NCBI GenBank assembly: GCA_031368215.1
Contig: JANLRD010000274.1
Location: forward strand, 55,878 to 119,877
DNA length: 64,000 nucleotides
DNA from: Acidimicrobiia bacterium
GTDB taxonomy: Bacteria > Actinomycetota > Acidimicrobiia > Acidimicrobiales > JANYDT01
Direction of reading: 5' to 3'
Position numbers and translations under genes: made by a program. Below, piece by piece: positions 30,341 to 39,608 of this stretch. Positions within the stretch are counted from its first letter, which is position 1, and each line of letters begins with the position of its first letter. The notes beneath the pieces are model-generated. The model did not search any database. It had not been told where the DNA came from and saw nothing but the letters and a program-made list of their open reading frames with translations.

Positions 30341-31995
30341 TGTTGTCGACGGTGCTTGCTGCGAGTGAGGGTTCCACCGCTGTGGGGTTCCCGCTGCTCA
30401 CGATGTTGGTCGTGTTCCCGCTGATCGGTGCCCTCGTGGTGATGTTCATCCCGAACACGCGGGTGAACGAGCTCGTGCTGCCACTCGGTCTGCTGTTCAG
30501 CGGAGCCACCGCGGCCCTGGCCGGCTGGATGATGTTCGCGTTCGACAAGCGCGAGGCCGGCTTCCAGTTCGTGTCCAAGCACGAGTGGATCTCGTCCTTC
30601 GGATCGTCGTGGCATCTCGGCGTCGACGGCATCTCGCTGTGGCTCGTCGTGCTCACGGGGTTCTTGTTCCCGTTGGCGCTGCTCGGTCCCGACGAGCGCC
30701 ACAACCGCAAGGCCTACACCGCGTGGATCCTGCTGCTCGAAGCCGGTGTGATGGGCGTGTTCCTGTCGCTCGACCTCTTCCTGTTCTTCGTGATGTTCGA
30801 AGTGGTGCTGGTGCCGATGTACTTCCTGATCGGTGGGTGGGGTCTCGGCAACCGGTCCTATGCCGCCACCAAGTTCTTCCTATACACGATGGTCGGATCC
30901 GGGCTCATGCTCGTCGCCATGGTGACCCTGGCATTCCTCGCCCGCAAGAATATCGGTGAGCTCACCTTCGACGTGACCAAGCTCGCCGAAGCGGGTCTGT
31001 CGCGGGACACGTCGCGCTGGCTGTTCCTCGCCTTCGCCGCAGCGTTCGCCATCAAGGTCCCCGTCTTCCCCTTGCACACGTGGTTGCCCGACGCCCACAC
31101 CGAAGCCCCAACCGCGGGTTCGGTAATCCTGGCCGGGGTGATGCTGAAGATGGGCACCTACGGACTGATCCGGTTCGGGATCTACCTGTTCCCCGAAGCG
31201 TCAACCTGGTTCGGCCCGGTCATGCTCACGCTCGGCGTGATCGGCATCCTCTACGGCGCGCTCACGGCAGTGGTGCAGAAGGACCTCAAGCGTCTGGTGG
31301 CGTATTCCTCGGTCGCCCACCTCGGCTTCATCGTGCTCGGTACCTACGCGCTCACGAACCAGTCACTGTCCGGGTCCGTGCTCCAGATGATCAACCACGG
31401 TGTCTCGACCGGCGCCTTGTTCCTTCTCGTCGGATGGATCTACGAGCGTCGCCATACCCGTCTGATCTCCGACCTCAAGGGCATTCAGAAGGTCGCACCG
31501 GTCCTGGCCGGTGCCTTCACGATCGTCATGCTCTCGTCCATCGGCGTTCCCGGTCTCAACGGGTTCGTCGGCGAGTTCATGATCCTCGTCGGCACGTTCG
31601 TCGATCATCGGTGGTGGGCGGTCGTCGCGGCAAGCGGGGTCATCCTGGCGGCCATCTACCTCCTCTGGGCATACCAGCGGACGTTCCACGGCGAGCCCGA
31701 CGAGGCGAACGCCTCGCAGATCCATGACCTCACGCTTCGCGAGCGCATCGTCATCGTTCCCTTCCTTGCCGTCATCGTGCTCATGGGCGTGTACCCGAAG
31801 CCCTTCCTCGATCGGATCGATCCGTCCGTGAAAGCACTCATCACCCACGTCGAGACGAAGACCGGCGAGCGTGAACCGGCTGCGGCAAAGAATCGGGGCG
31901 CGATCGCGGCCGGTTCGGCGGAGGCCGACGGGAAGAACGGCGGCGACGCCGCAGCGCACTCCGACGAGTCGACGACCGAGGGGGAGGGGAAGTGA
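30340..31995 (+). CDS. nuoM: NADH-quinone oxidoreductase subunit M
   Basis: HTWLPDAHTEAPTAGS, LKMGTYG, AYSSVAH. Confidence 0.97.
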   Translation: MLSTVLAASEGSTAVGFPLLTMLVVFPLIGALVVMFIPNTRVNELVLPLGLLFSGATAALAGWMMFAFDKREAGFQFVSKHEWISSFGSSWHLGVDGISLWLVVLTGFLFPLALLGPDERHNRKAYTAWILLLEAGVMGVFLSLDLFLFFVMFEVVLVPMYFLIGGWGLGNRSYAATKFFLYTMVGSGLMLVAMVTLAFLARKNIGELTFDVTKLAEAGLSRDTSRWLFLAFAAAFAIKVPVFPLHTWLPDAHTEAPTAGSVILAGVMLKMGTYGLIRFGIYLFPEASTWFGPVMLTLGVIGILYGALTAVVQKDLKRLVAYSSVAHLGFIVLGTYALTNQSLSGSVLQMINHGVSTGALFLLVGWIYERRHTRLISDLKGIQKVAPVLAGAFTIVMLSSIGVPGLNGFVGEFMILVGTFVDHRWWAVVAASGVILAAIYLLWAYQRTFHGEPDEANASQIHDLTLRERIVIVPFLAVIVLMGVYPKPFLDRIDPSVKALITHVETKTGEREPAAAKNRGAIAAGSAEADGKNGGDAAAHSDESTTEGEGK

Positions 31996-33554
31996 ACATG
32001 AACGTTCTCGCCCAGGCCGCTGCGGATACGCCCCAGGCCGTCCAGGGGGCCATCTCGGCCACGCTCGACACGCCCAAGATCGACTGGATTGCTGTCGGAC
32101 CGGCCACGGTGCTGATCGCCGGGGCACTGCTGCTCATCGTCGTCGCCTCTCTGGCCAAGCACACCAAGTGGGCCCGCGGGTTCGCCACGTGGTTCACTAT
32201 CGGCACGGCGATCACCGCCGGCGGGTTCACCTTCCCGTTGTGGGACCGGGTGAACCACGGCCGCTCGGCGTCAGCCCTGGCCAACGCGCTGCACGTTGAC
32301 GGTTTCAGCGTGTTCTTCGCCATGCTTACGGTGTGCGCGGTTGCGCTTGCCGCGCTGGTGCTCGACGGCTACCTCCGCCGGGAGGAGCTCGAAGGACCGG
32401 AAGTCTTCGTGCTCATGCTGCTGTCCGCCTCCGGGGGCATCATCATGGCCTCGGCCAACGATCTGATCGTGCTGTTTCTCGGGCTCGAGATCTTGTCGAT
32501 CGCGCTCTACGTCCTCGCCGGTTCGCATCTCCGCCGCGCCGAGTCACAGGAAGCGGCGCTCAAGTACTTCGTCCTGGGCGGCTTCTCCTCTGCCGTGTTC
32601 CTCTACGGCATCGCGTTGACCTACGGGGCGACCGGTTCGACCAACCTCACGGAGATCGCGAACTACCTCGCCGGCAACATCATCCTGCACAACGGCCTGC
32701 TCGTGGGCGGCCTTGCGCTGATGCTCGTTGGGCTCGGCTTCAAGATCGCCGCGGTCCCGTTCCACGTGTGGACGCCCGACGTCTATCAAGGCTCACCCTC
32801 GCCAGTCACCGGGTTCATGGCTGCCGCAGCCAAGGCGGCGGGCTTCTCCGCACTGCTGCGCATCATGCTCACCGGACTCGCGTCGCGCCGCCTCGACTGG
32901 CAGCCGATCATCTGGGTATTGGCGATCGCGTCGATGTTCCTCGGGGCGGTGCTCGCCGTCGTCCAGAGCGACGTGAAGCGGATGTTGGCGTATTCGTCGA
33001 TCAGTCACGCCGGGTTCATCCTTATCGGACTCCAGGCGGGCAACGCCGTCGGCCTTTCCAGCTCGCTGGTGTACCTCTTCACCTACGCGATCGTCGTGCT
33101 CGGCACCTTCGGCGTCGTCACGGTCGTCGGCGGTCGGGGCGACTCCCGCCACGACCTCAACGACTACAACGGGCTGGCCAAGCGCTCCCCGTTCCTCGCA
33201 GTGGCGCTCACGGTGTTCCTCCTCGCCCAGGCGGGGATACCGGCCACGTCCGGGTTCATCGCCAAGTTCGGCGTGATCCGGGCGGCCGCCGATGCCAACT
33301 CCTACGCCATCGCCATCATCGCGATGATGATCTCGGTGGTCGGCGCGTTCTTTTACCTCCGGCTGATCCTGCGGATGTGGGCCGGAGGCGACGGCCATGC
33401 CGACGCGCACGGTGTCGATGACGCCGCAATAGCGCGGATCCGCATGCCGATCGCCACCCAACTGGCCATCGCCATCGCGTTCTCCTTCACCATCGCCGTG
33501 GGCGTCCTCCCCCAGACCATCATCGACTTCGCCGACCGCGCGCTGCTGCGGTAA
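31992..33554 (+). CDS. nuoN: NADH-quinone oxidoreductase subunit N
   Basis: EAALKYF, FKIAAVPFHVWTPDVYQG, KRMLAYSS. Confidence 0.96.
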   Translation: MNMNVLAQAAADTPQAVQGAISATLDTPKIDWIAVGPATVLIAGALLLIVVASLAKHTKWARGFATWFTIGTAITAGGFTFPLWDRVNHGRSASALANALHVDGFSVFFAMLTVCAVALAALVLDGYLRREELEGPEVFVLMLLSASGGIIMASANDLIVLFLGLEILSIALYVLAGSHLRRAESQEAALKYFVLGGFSSAVFLYGIALTYGATGSTNLTEIANYLAGNIILHNGLLVGGLALMLVGLGFKIAAVPFHVWTPDVYQGSPSPVTGFMAAAAKAAGFSALLRIMLTGLASRRLDWQPIIWVLAIASMFLGAVLAVVQSDVKRMLAYSSISHAGFILIGLQAGNAVGLSSSLVYLFTYAIVVLGTFGVVTVVGGRGDSRHDLNDYNGLAKRSPFLAVALTVFLLAQAGIPATSGFIAKFGVIRAAADANSYAIAIIAMMISVVGAFFYLRLILRMWAGGDGHADAHGVDDAAIARIRMPIATQLAIAIAFSFTIAVGVLPQTIIDFADRALLR

Positions 33555-33612
33555 TGCACTCCGCCATGTCGACTTCACCCTCCCCCTCCCTCTCCCGGTA
33601 GGCTCCTCGCCC

Positions 33613-33978
33613 GTGTCGGACTTCCTCCGCTCCTATCTCACCGTCGTCTTCCTCGCCGTCGCGGCCTTCGCGCTCGTCGGCGGCACGCTGTCGCTCTCGC
33701 GGCTGGTGCGTCCGAAGAACCCGTCGGCCTCCAAGCTCGTGGCCTACGAGTCCGGTGTCGACCCGGTCGGCACCGGATGGTCGCAGAGCCAGATCCGGTA
33801 CTACCTCTATGCGCTGCTCTTCGTGATGTTCGACGTGGAAGCCGTGTTCTTGTTTCCATGGGCGTTGCGACTCGAGCTCTTCGCAGTGTTCGGTCTCATC
33901 GAGATGGGCATCTTCGTGTTCATCCTGCTGCTCGGTCTTATCTATGCGTGGCGTAAGGGAGTGCTCCGGTGGGTCTGA
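33613..33978 (+). CDS. nuoA: Second complex I subunit A
   Basis: [24 protein letters not shown]; TAGGCT -10 8 nt upstream (leaderless-like). Confidence 0.94.
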   Translation: MSDFLRSYLTVVFLAVAAFALVGGTLSLSRLVRPKNPSASKLVAYESGVDPVGTGWSQSQIRYYLYALLFVMFDVEAVFLFPWALRLELFAVFGLIEMGIFVFILLLGLIYAWRKGVLRWV

Positions 33979-34031
33979 GTCCGGTAACAGACTGCAGAGC
34001 ATGGCGTACGGGAGTGCTCCGGTGGGTCTAG
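33946..34031 (+). repeat. 53-bp-period duplication of the nuoA2/nuoB2 junction
   Basis: 33946-33978 vs 33999-34031, 29/33 identical. Confidence 0.9.
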
Positions 34032-34546
34032 TCGAGAATGGCTTTTTCAAGTCGAAGGGACCGGTCAAGCCGCTCACGTCGCTGTTGAACTACAGCCGCA
34101 AGTATTCGCTGTGGTGCTACCAGTGGGGCCTGGCCTGCTGCGCCATCGAGATGGGTGCCGCGTTCGGGTCACCTCGCTACGACGTGATGCGCCTCGGCGT
34201 GATTCCCTTCCCGGCCTCGCCACGCCAGGCCGACCTCGTGTGCATCTCCGGTACCGTCACCGACAAGATGGCCCCGGCCATCAAGCGATTGTATGACCAG
34301 ATGCCGGAGCCGAAGTACGTGATCTCGATGGGGTCGTGCGCGAACTGCGGCGGTCCCTACTGGGACAGCTACTCCGTCACCAAGGGCGTTGACCAGATCA
34401 TCCCCGTCGACGTCTACGTGCCCGGCTGCCCGCCGCGCCCCGAAGCACTCCTCGAAGGAATCGTGCTCCTGCAGGAACGGATCCAGAACGAGGACATGGC
34501 CGAGAAGTGGCGGGCGGAACCGATCTACATGTCGGAGACCCGCTAG
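34022..34546 (+). CDS. nuoB: Second complex I subunit B
   Basis: [26 protein letters not shown]. Confidence 0.95.
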   Translation: MGLVENGFFKSKGPVKPLTSLLNYSRKYSLWCYQWGLACCAIEMGAAFGSPRYDVMRLGVIPFPASPRQADLVCISGTVTDKMAPAIKRLYDQMPEPKYVISMGSCANCGGPYWDSYSVTKGVDQIIPVDVYVPGCPPRPEALLEGIVLLQERIQNEDMAEKWRAEPIYMSETR

Positions 34547-34591
34547 CCCCGCCAGAGGCAGAGCGGGCCGAGCCGATCTCCATGTCGGAGA
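34510..34591 (+). repeat. 53-bp-period duplication of the nuoB2 3' end
   Basis: 34510-34538 vs 34563-34591, 26/29 identical. Confidence 0.85.
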
Positions 34592-35820
34592 ACACGACGG
34601 ATTCACCCCGGATGACCGAACCAATGCTTGCCGGCATCCGCGTTCTTGACTTGACCCAGTACCTATCAGGCCCGACCGTGACGCGTCTTATGGCCGAGAT
34701 GGGTGCCGACATCGTGAAGATCGAGCAGGCGCCCTACGGCGACCCGATCCGAGGTCTCGCGGTCATGAGCAATGGCCGCTCCGGTTACTTCGTGCAGCAG
34801 AACCGGGGCAAGAAGAGCGTGTGTCTCGACTTCGACAAACCCGAGGGGCGGGCCGTGCTCGACAAGTTGATCGCTGAAGCCGACGTGCTCGTGGAGAACT
34901 ACGGACCGAACGTGCTGGAGCGTCGGGGGCTCGATTACGACTCGATCGCCAAGCAAAACCCCAAGCTCATCTACGCGTCGATCTCCGGGTTCGGTCGCAA
35001 GGGCAGCTACTCGCACAAGACCTGCTTCGATCTCATCGCCCAGTCCTACAGCGGCATGCTGAATCTCACGGGTCCGGAAGACGGTGCACCGATGCCGGTC
35101 GGAAGTTCATATGCAGACGTAACATCGGGCGTTCATGCCCTCGCCGGAATCGGAATGGCCCTGTTCCATCGTGAGCGTACGGGCCGTGGTGGACACATCG
35201 ACATCGCCATGATCGACACGTTGTTCCACGCGCACGAACTCGCGGTGCAGGGAGCCTCGATCACGAAGGGCAAGTGGCGGCCCAAGCGTGGCGGCCGGTT
35301 CTCGACCCTCAACTCGCCACAGGGTGTTTACAAGGGACCCGAAGGATGGATCGCCATTCAGGTCATGGAGGCGCAGTGGCCCCACTTCTGCGAAGCGCTG
35401 CAACGCCCCGACCTGGCGAGTGACGTGCGATTCGCTGACCTGCGTGGCCGCCACAAGAACCGCAGCGAACTCAACCCGATCGTCGAGGATTGGATGGCCA
35501 CCTTCACCACCGACGCCGAGCTGCTCGCCAGGTTGGAAGCGCATCGCATTCCGTGTGCCCCCGTCCTCGACGCCGCCGACGCGATCACCCATCCCTACTT
35601 CGTCGAACGCGGGATGGTGAAGACGATCAACGATCCGGTCATCGGCGAGATGGTCATTCCAGGCAATCCCCTGCGTTTCTCCGAGCAACCCGACGAACTC
35701 GATCTCGTGACGCCTTCACTCGGCGAGCACAACTACGAAGTCCTCACCCACCTCGGCTACGCCGCGGCCGAGATCGCCGCGCTCGAAGCATCAGGCGTCC
35801 TTCGCCGCGGCAACACGTAG
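34582..35820 (+). CDS. CaiB/BaiF family (class III) CoA transferase
   Basis: GIRVLDLTQYLSGP, NRGKKS, DVLVENY, SISGFG; start could be 34582, 34612 or 34624. Confidence 0.93.
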   Translation: MSENTTDSPRMTEPMLAGIRVLDLTQYLSGPTVTRLMAEMGADIVKIEQAPYGDPIRGLAVMSNGRSGYFVQQNRGKKSVCLDFDKPEGRAVLDKLIAEADVLVENYGPNVLERRGLDYDSIAKQNPKLIYASISGFGRKGSYSHKTCFDLIAQSYSGMLNLTGPEDGAPMPVGSSYADVTSGVHALAGIGMALFHRERTGRGGHIDIAMIDTLFHAHELAVQGASITKGKWRPKRGGRFSTLNSPQGVYKGPEGWIAIQVMEAQWPHFCEALQRPDLASDVRFADLRGRHKNRSELNPIVEDWMATFTTDAELLARLEAHRIPCAPVLDAADAITHPYFVERGMVKTINDPVIGEMVIPGNPLRFSEQPDELDLVTPSLGEHNYEVLTHLGYAAAEIAALEASGVLRRGNT

Positions 35821-35823
35821 CTC

Positions 35824-36275
35824 GTGGCTCGGCCGGAAGCGGCCGTCGAGGATGTGGAGATCACCGACAGCTCGATTCATGTTTCCGGTGTTCCGGCTCG
35901 TGGGATCTCGTTCTCCGACGTCGCAGGTGCGGTGCGGCGCGAAGGCAACGCCGAGCTCACGTTATTGGTCTCCTACGACGGGGGGCGTGGCGGCTGGGTG
36001 CAGGCAACGCACGTGTGCTTCGTCGACCTTCATCGACTATCTGATTCCCACGACCATGGAGATCCCGGCGGTGGAGATCCACCACCTGCAGACGCCCAGC
36101 GACAAGCCGGCCAACTTCCGCGGCGTCGGCGAAAGGCGGGATGATCGGTGCCCCCGCGGCGATCACCAATGCCGTCGAACACGCCCTTGCCCACCTCGGT
36201 GTCACCGTGACGGAGCAGCACCCGCCACCGACGCGCATCCTCGAACTCATGGGTGCGATCGCTCGATCGGCGTAG
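35824..36275 (+). pseudogene. Frameshifted, internally deleted C-terminal remnant of a xanthine dehydrogenase/CoxL-family molybdoprotein large subunit
   Basis: Three frames give ...QATHVCFVD / STFIDYLIPTTMEIP...FRGVGE / GGMIGAPAAITNAVEHAL...PPTRILELMG. Confidence 0.8.
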
Positions 36276-36357
36276 CGGTCGCCACCTGAGGGTTCTCCCG
36301 CGGCGCTCCGGTGCGCCGCCGGCAACCGTTTGAGCGATGGCCTCCTACCGTGACGCC

Positions 36358-37245
36358 ATGAGTCCGCGGGTCGCTGCGCTTCCGGTTGATCTGTTGTCGC
36401 TCGCCAACGCGCTGGAAGGATGCGCGCTTACCATCGAGGGTGCCATGCGGCGCCTGGGTACCGGTCGTGCGGAGTACCACGCGACGGCTGTTGCATCGTT
36501 GATTCGGACCGCTCGATCGGTCGAGGCCTCCGTGGCGCTCGTCGCTCGGCGGCTCGGTGCGGCCGACGCTCCGGGCGGCACGGCACTGCGTCTGCCCACC
36601 ATCGCCATTCCCCCGTCGACGGCCACCGGCTCTTCCTGGTCGCAGCTCACCGGTCCGCTCTCCGACGGTGATCCGCGCAACGACGTTCTTCGGGTTGCGG
36701 CCAGCCAGCTTGGCGTGAGGGAACAGGGCCGCAACATCAACGACTATGGCGACTGGTTCGGTGCGAACGGTGTGCTCTGGTGCGCGGAGTTCGTCTCGTG
36801 GGTGTTCGCGCACGCCGGTCATCCACTGCCGATCAGTGGCGGCGCAAGGAAGGGTGCGTCGGGCTTCGCCTACTGCCAGTACGGGCGTGATGCGGCGTAC
36901 AAACGCGGTGAGCTGTTCTCCCGTCCTCGACCCGGAGATGTGTTCTTCCATTTCCGGCGCGGCGACCGCGGCCCCGGGCACACCGGGATCGTCGTCGACG
37001 TGCTGCCCGATGGTCGGGTCGTGACGATCGAAGGCAACGCCGGGCCGCGCAGCGGTCGTGATGGCGGTGGCGTGGTGATGCAGACCCGCTCAGTCGCGTA
37101 TTCGCGGGGTCTCTCGTTCTGGCGCGTGTTCCCACCTTCACCCGAGGACGATCGCGGCCCTGACGACATGGCACCCCGCCCGAGCACGCTCCAACGGCGA
37201 CCTCGCCGGACACGCCGTCAGGCGGCGCGGCCCCCTATGCGTTGA
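36358..37245 (+). CDS. CHAP domain peptidoglycan hydrolase with helical N-terminus
   Basis: WCAEFVSW, GHTGIV, TIEGN; no signal peptide. Confidence 0.82.
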   Translation: MSPRVAALPVDLLSLANALEGCALTIEGAMRRLGTGRAEYHATAVASLIRTARSVEASVALVARRLGAADAPGGTALRLPTIAIPPSTATGSSWSQLTGPLSDGDPRNDVLRVAASQLGVREQGRNINDYGDWFGANGVLWCAEFVSWVFAHAGHPLPISGGARKGASGFAYCQYGRDAAYKRGELFSRPRPGDVFFHFRRGDRGPGHTGIVVDVLPDGRVVTIEGNAGPRSGRDGGGVVMQTRSVAYSRGLSFWRVFPPSPEDDRGPDDMAPRPSTLQRRPRRTRRQAARPPMR

Positions 37246-38449
37246 CCGGTGTCGTGATCGGCCGCTCGACCGCGGTGAACGGTGTGTTCGGGAGCTTGCG
37301 GAGACCGCGCAGATCGCCGGCCCGAATCCAGCCGAAGGCGATGAGCGCGAGCATGCAGGCCGCACCGCCCACGTAGGTGGTGATCGGTCCGAAGCGGTCG
37401 TACACGGCACCGGCCGAAAGCGCGGCGACACCGCCGGAGAGCGTCTGCAGCGCACCGACGAGGCCCTGCGCCCCGGCGAGTTGCTCGGGAGGGGCGGCCA
37501 GCGAGACGGCGACGGGAATGCTCGATGCGCTCATGCCGTCGTTCGTCGCGTGCACCAGGCCGACGAGGATGAGGATCCACGGCACCGGGATGAGGCCGTA
37601 CATGCTCAGGCAGAGGGCACCGACACAAAGACCAAGTCCACCGATCCGGAACGGGCCCTTCTGCTCGACCCACGCCCCGCCACGCTCGGCGAGCACCACC
37701 ATCGGGGCAGCGAACACGATGATCCCGAGCGTCACGTAGAAGTACGAACCGTTGAGGTCGTCGATGCGGACGGCCCACAGCGCATCGAAGATGCCGATCA
37801 TGATGAAGAAGGCGACACCGTAGGCACTGGCCGATTGCATCCAGCGGGCGCGCAACAGGCCAACAGCAAGGCGGGGCTGGTCGGCAGCAGTCGCTTCAGG
37901 GGCACCGAACGGAGCACGCCAGGTGACCGGGAGGAACACCGCGGAAAGCGTTGCGGCGACGACGAAGGGCCACCGGATGCCGATGTGGCCGACGAGGAGG
38001 GCGGCGATGGCCGGGCCGAGGAGGAAGCCGACGACGTCGAACGACAACATGCCGCCGAGGTTCTTGCCGACGTTGTCGGGGTCGGCGAACGCCACCGAAC
38101 GGCGCATGGCCGGGTAGGCCGCACCGATGCCGAGGCCCATCAGGGCACGCCCGAAGGCGAAGGCGGGAGTGGCCGACGCGGTGGCGACGATCAATAGCCC
38201 GGTCACGTTGGCGCTGAGTCCACCGAGCAGAAGGGCGCGGGCGAATCCGCGGTCGGCAAGGGGGGCGAGGAGGATCTGGGCCACGAACGAGGCGAAGAAC
38301 CCGACAGCGACGATGAGGCCGAGCATCGTCTCGGAGATCCCATAGGTGTCGCGCATCTTTCCGAGCACAGCGAACATCACGCCATATCCCGACGACAGCG
38401 CGGCCCCGGTGAGCTGCAACGAGCGGATGGTTCGACGACTCGTTTGCAC
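37235..38449 (-). CDS. MFS transporter
   Basis: ~12 TM helices, LADRGFAR motif A, GRALMGLG. Confidence 0.88.
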   Translation of the reverse strand: MQTSRRTIRSLQLTGAALSSGYGVMFAVLGKMRDTYGISETMLGLIVAVGFFASFVAQILLAPLADRGFARALLLGGLSANVTGLLIVATASATPAFAFGRALMGLGIGAAYPAMRRSVAFADPDNVGKNLGGMLSFDVVGFLLGPAIAALLVGHIGIRWPFVVAATLSAVFLPVTWRAPFGAPEATAADQPRLAVGLLRARWMQSASAYGVAFFIMIGIFDALWAVRIDDLNGSYFYVTLGIIVFAAPMVVLAERGGAWVEQKGPFRIGGLGLCVGALCLSMYGLIPVPWILILVGLVHATNDGMSASSIPVAVSLAAPPEQLAGAQGLVGALQTLSGGVAALSAGAVYDRFGPITTYVGGAACMLALIAFGWIRAGDLRGLRKLPNTPFTAVERPITTPVNA

Positions 38450-38560
38450 GGCCACCGAGGCTATGCGCTGCCGGTCACCTGGATCCCGCGGATTCTGCAT
38501 GTCGGGACCGACGGGCTCCCTGAAGCGAGCCGATTCGCGATATCCGACCCGGACTCGCGG

Positions 38561-39538
38561 TCAGACAGTTTCGGCCTTCGCGGCCGGAACAACCTCGTCG
38601 AGGTACACGCGCAGCGCGCCCTCGTCCCACGGCGCCCGGAGAGCGATGTTGATGTCCTGCGCACCGGCCTCGCGGTAGGCGCGGATCCGCTCGATCGCCT
38701 GGTCGGGGGTGCCGAGAAGGGCACCACCCGTGACCCGATCGAACGCGGGACCCCAAGCGCCTCGAAGCCGCTCGACCTCCGCCTCGGCCGCGGCTGAGGT
38801 CGACTGCAGGTTGAACATGAGGTTGATCGTGCGACGAACCGTCGACCGGTCACGGCCGATCTCGGTACACCGATCGTCGAGCACGCCGTTGAGCCGTTTG
38901 TACTCCTCGGGGGTGATGTAGGGGACGTTCCACCCGTCGGCGTGTTTGGCCACAAGCCGAAGCGTCCGCTGCTCCCCGGCCCCACCGATCCAGATCGGTA
39001 GGCGCGCTTGTATCGGTCGGGGGAGGCACGATGCGTCGTCGACGGAGAAGTGCTCACCGGTGAAGGTGGTGCGATCGTTGGTGAGGAGGCTGCGGATGAT
39101 CGTGGCGGCTTCGTCGAGCATGTCGAAGCGGATCTTCACCGACGGGAACGGGTAGCCGAACGCCCGCGCCTCCTGCTCATGCCAACCGGAACCGAGGCCG
39201 AGATCGAAACGTCCGCCCGAGATGTGGTCGAGGGTGGTGGCAGCTTTGGCGAGCACGCCGGGGGAGCGGTAGCCGACGTAGAACACCAGGCATCCGACAC
39301 GCACCCGCTCGGTCGACGCCGCGAGCGCGCCGAGCACGGTGAGCGCCTCGAAGTGATCGAGCGTCCCGCCGGCCGGCGGAGCTTCGTAGAGATGGTCCCA
39401 GCACGAGATCCAGTCGAGGTGGGCATCGAGTCGGCGCCATAGTGCTCGCATCTCGTCCATCGACATGTTCTGCTGGCCGACGTGCGCGCCGAGGCGCAAC
39501 ACGTTCGGGTCAGCGTTGGCGGGCCATGCTGTGTTCAT
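38561..39538 (-). CDS. LLM-class (probably F420-dependent) oxidoreductase
   Basis: WDH, TLDHISGGRFDLGLGSGW, PIWIGG, HADGWN. Confidence 0.88.
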   Translation of the reverse strand: MNTAWPANADPNVLRLGAHVGQQNMSMDEMRALWRRLDAHLDWISCWDHLYEAPPAGGTLDHFEALTVLGALAASTERVRVGCLVFYVGYRSPGVLAKAATTLDHISGGRFDLGLGSGWHEQEARAFGYPFPSVKIRFDMLDEAATIIRSLLTNDRTTFTGEHFSVDDASCLPRPIQARLPIWIGGAGEQRTLRLVAKHADGWNVPYITPEEYKRLNGVLDDRCTEIGRDRSTVRRTINLMFNLQSTSAAAEAEVERLRGAWGPAFDRVTGGALLGTPDQAIERIRAYREAGAQDINIALRAPWDEGALRVYLDEVVPAAKAETV

Positions 39539-39608
39539 GGCCGTCCATCTTGGTGGCCCTCGGTCTCCGGGTCGAGTTCGTCGTGCCGACGGGCCGAACC
39601 GGCCAATC

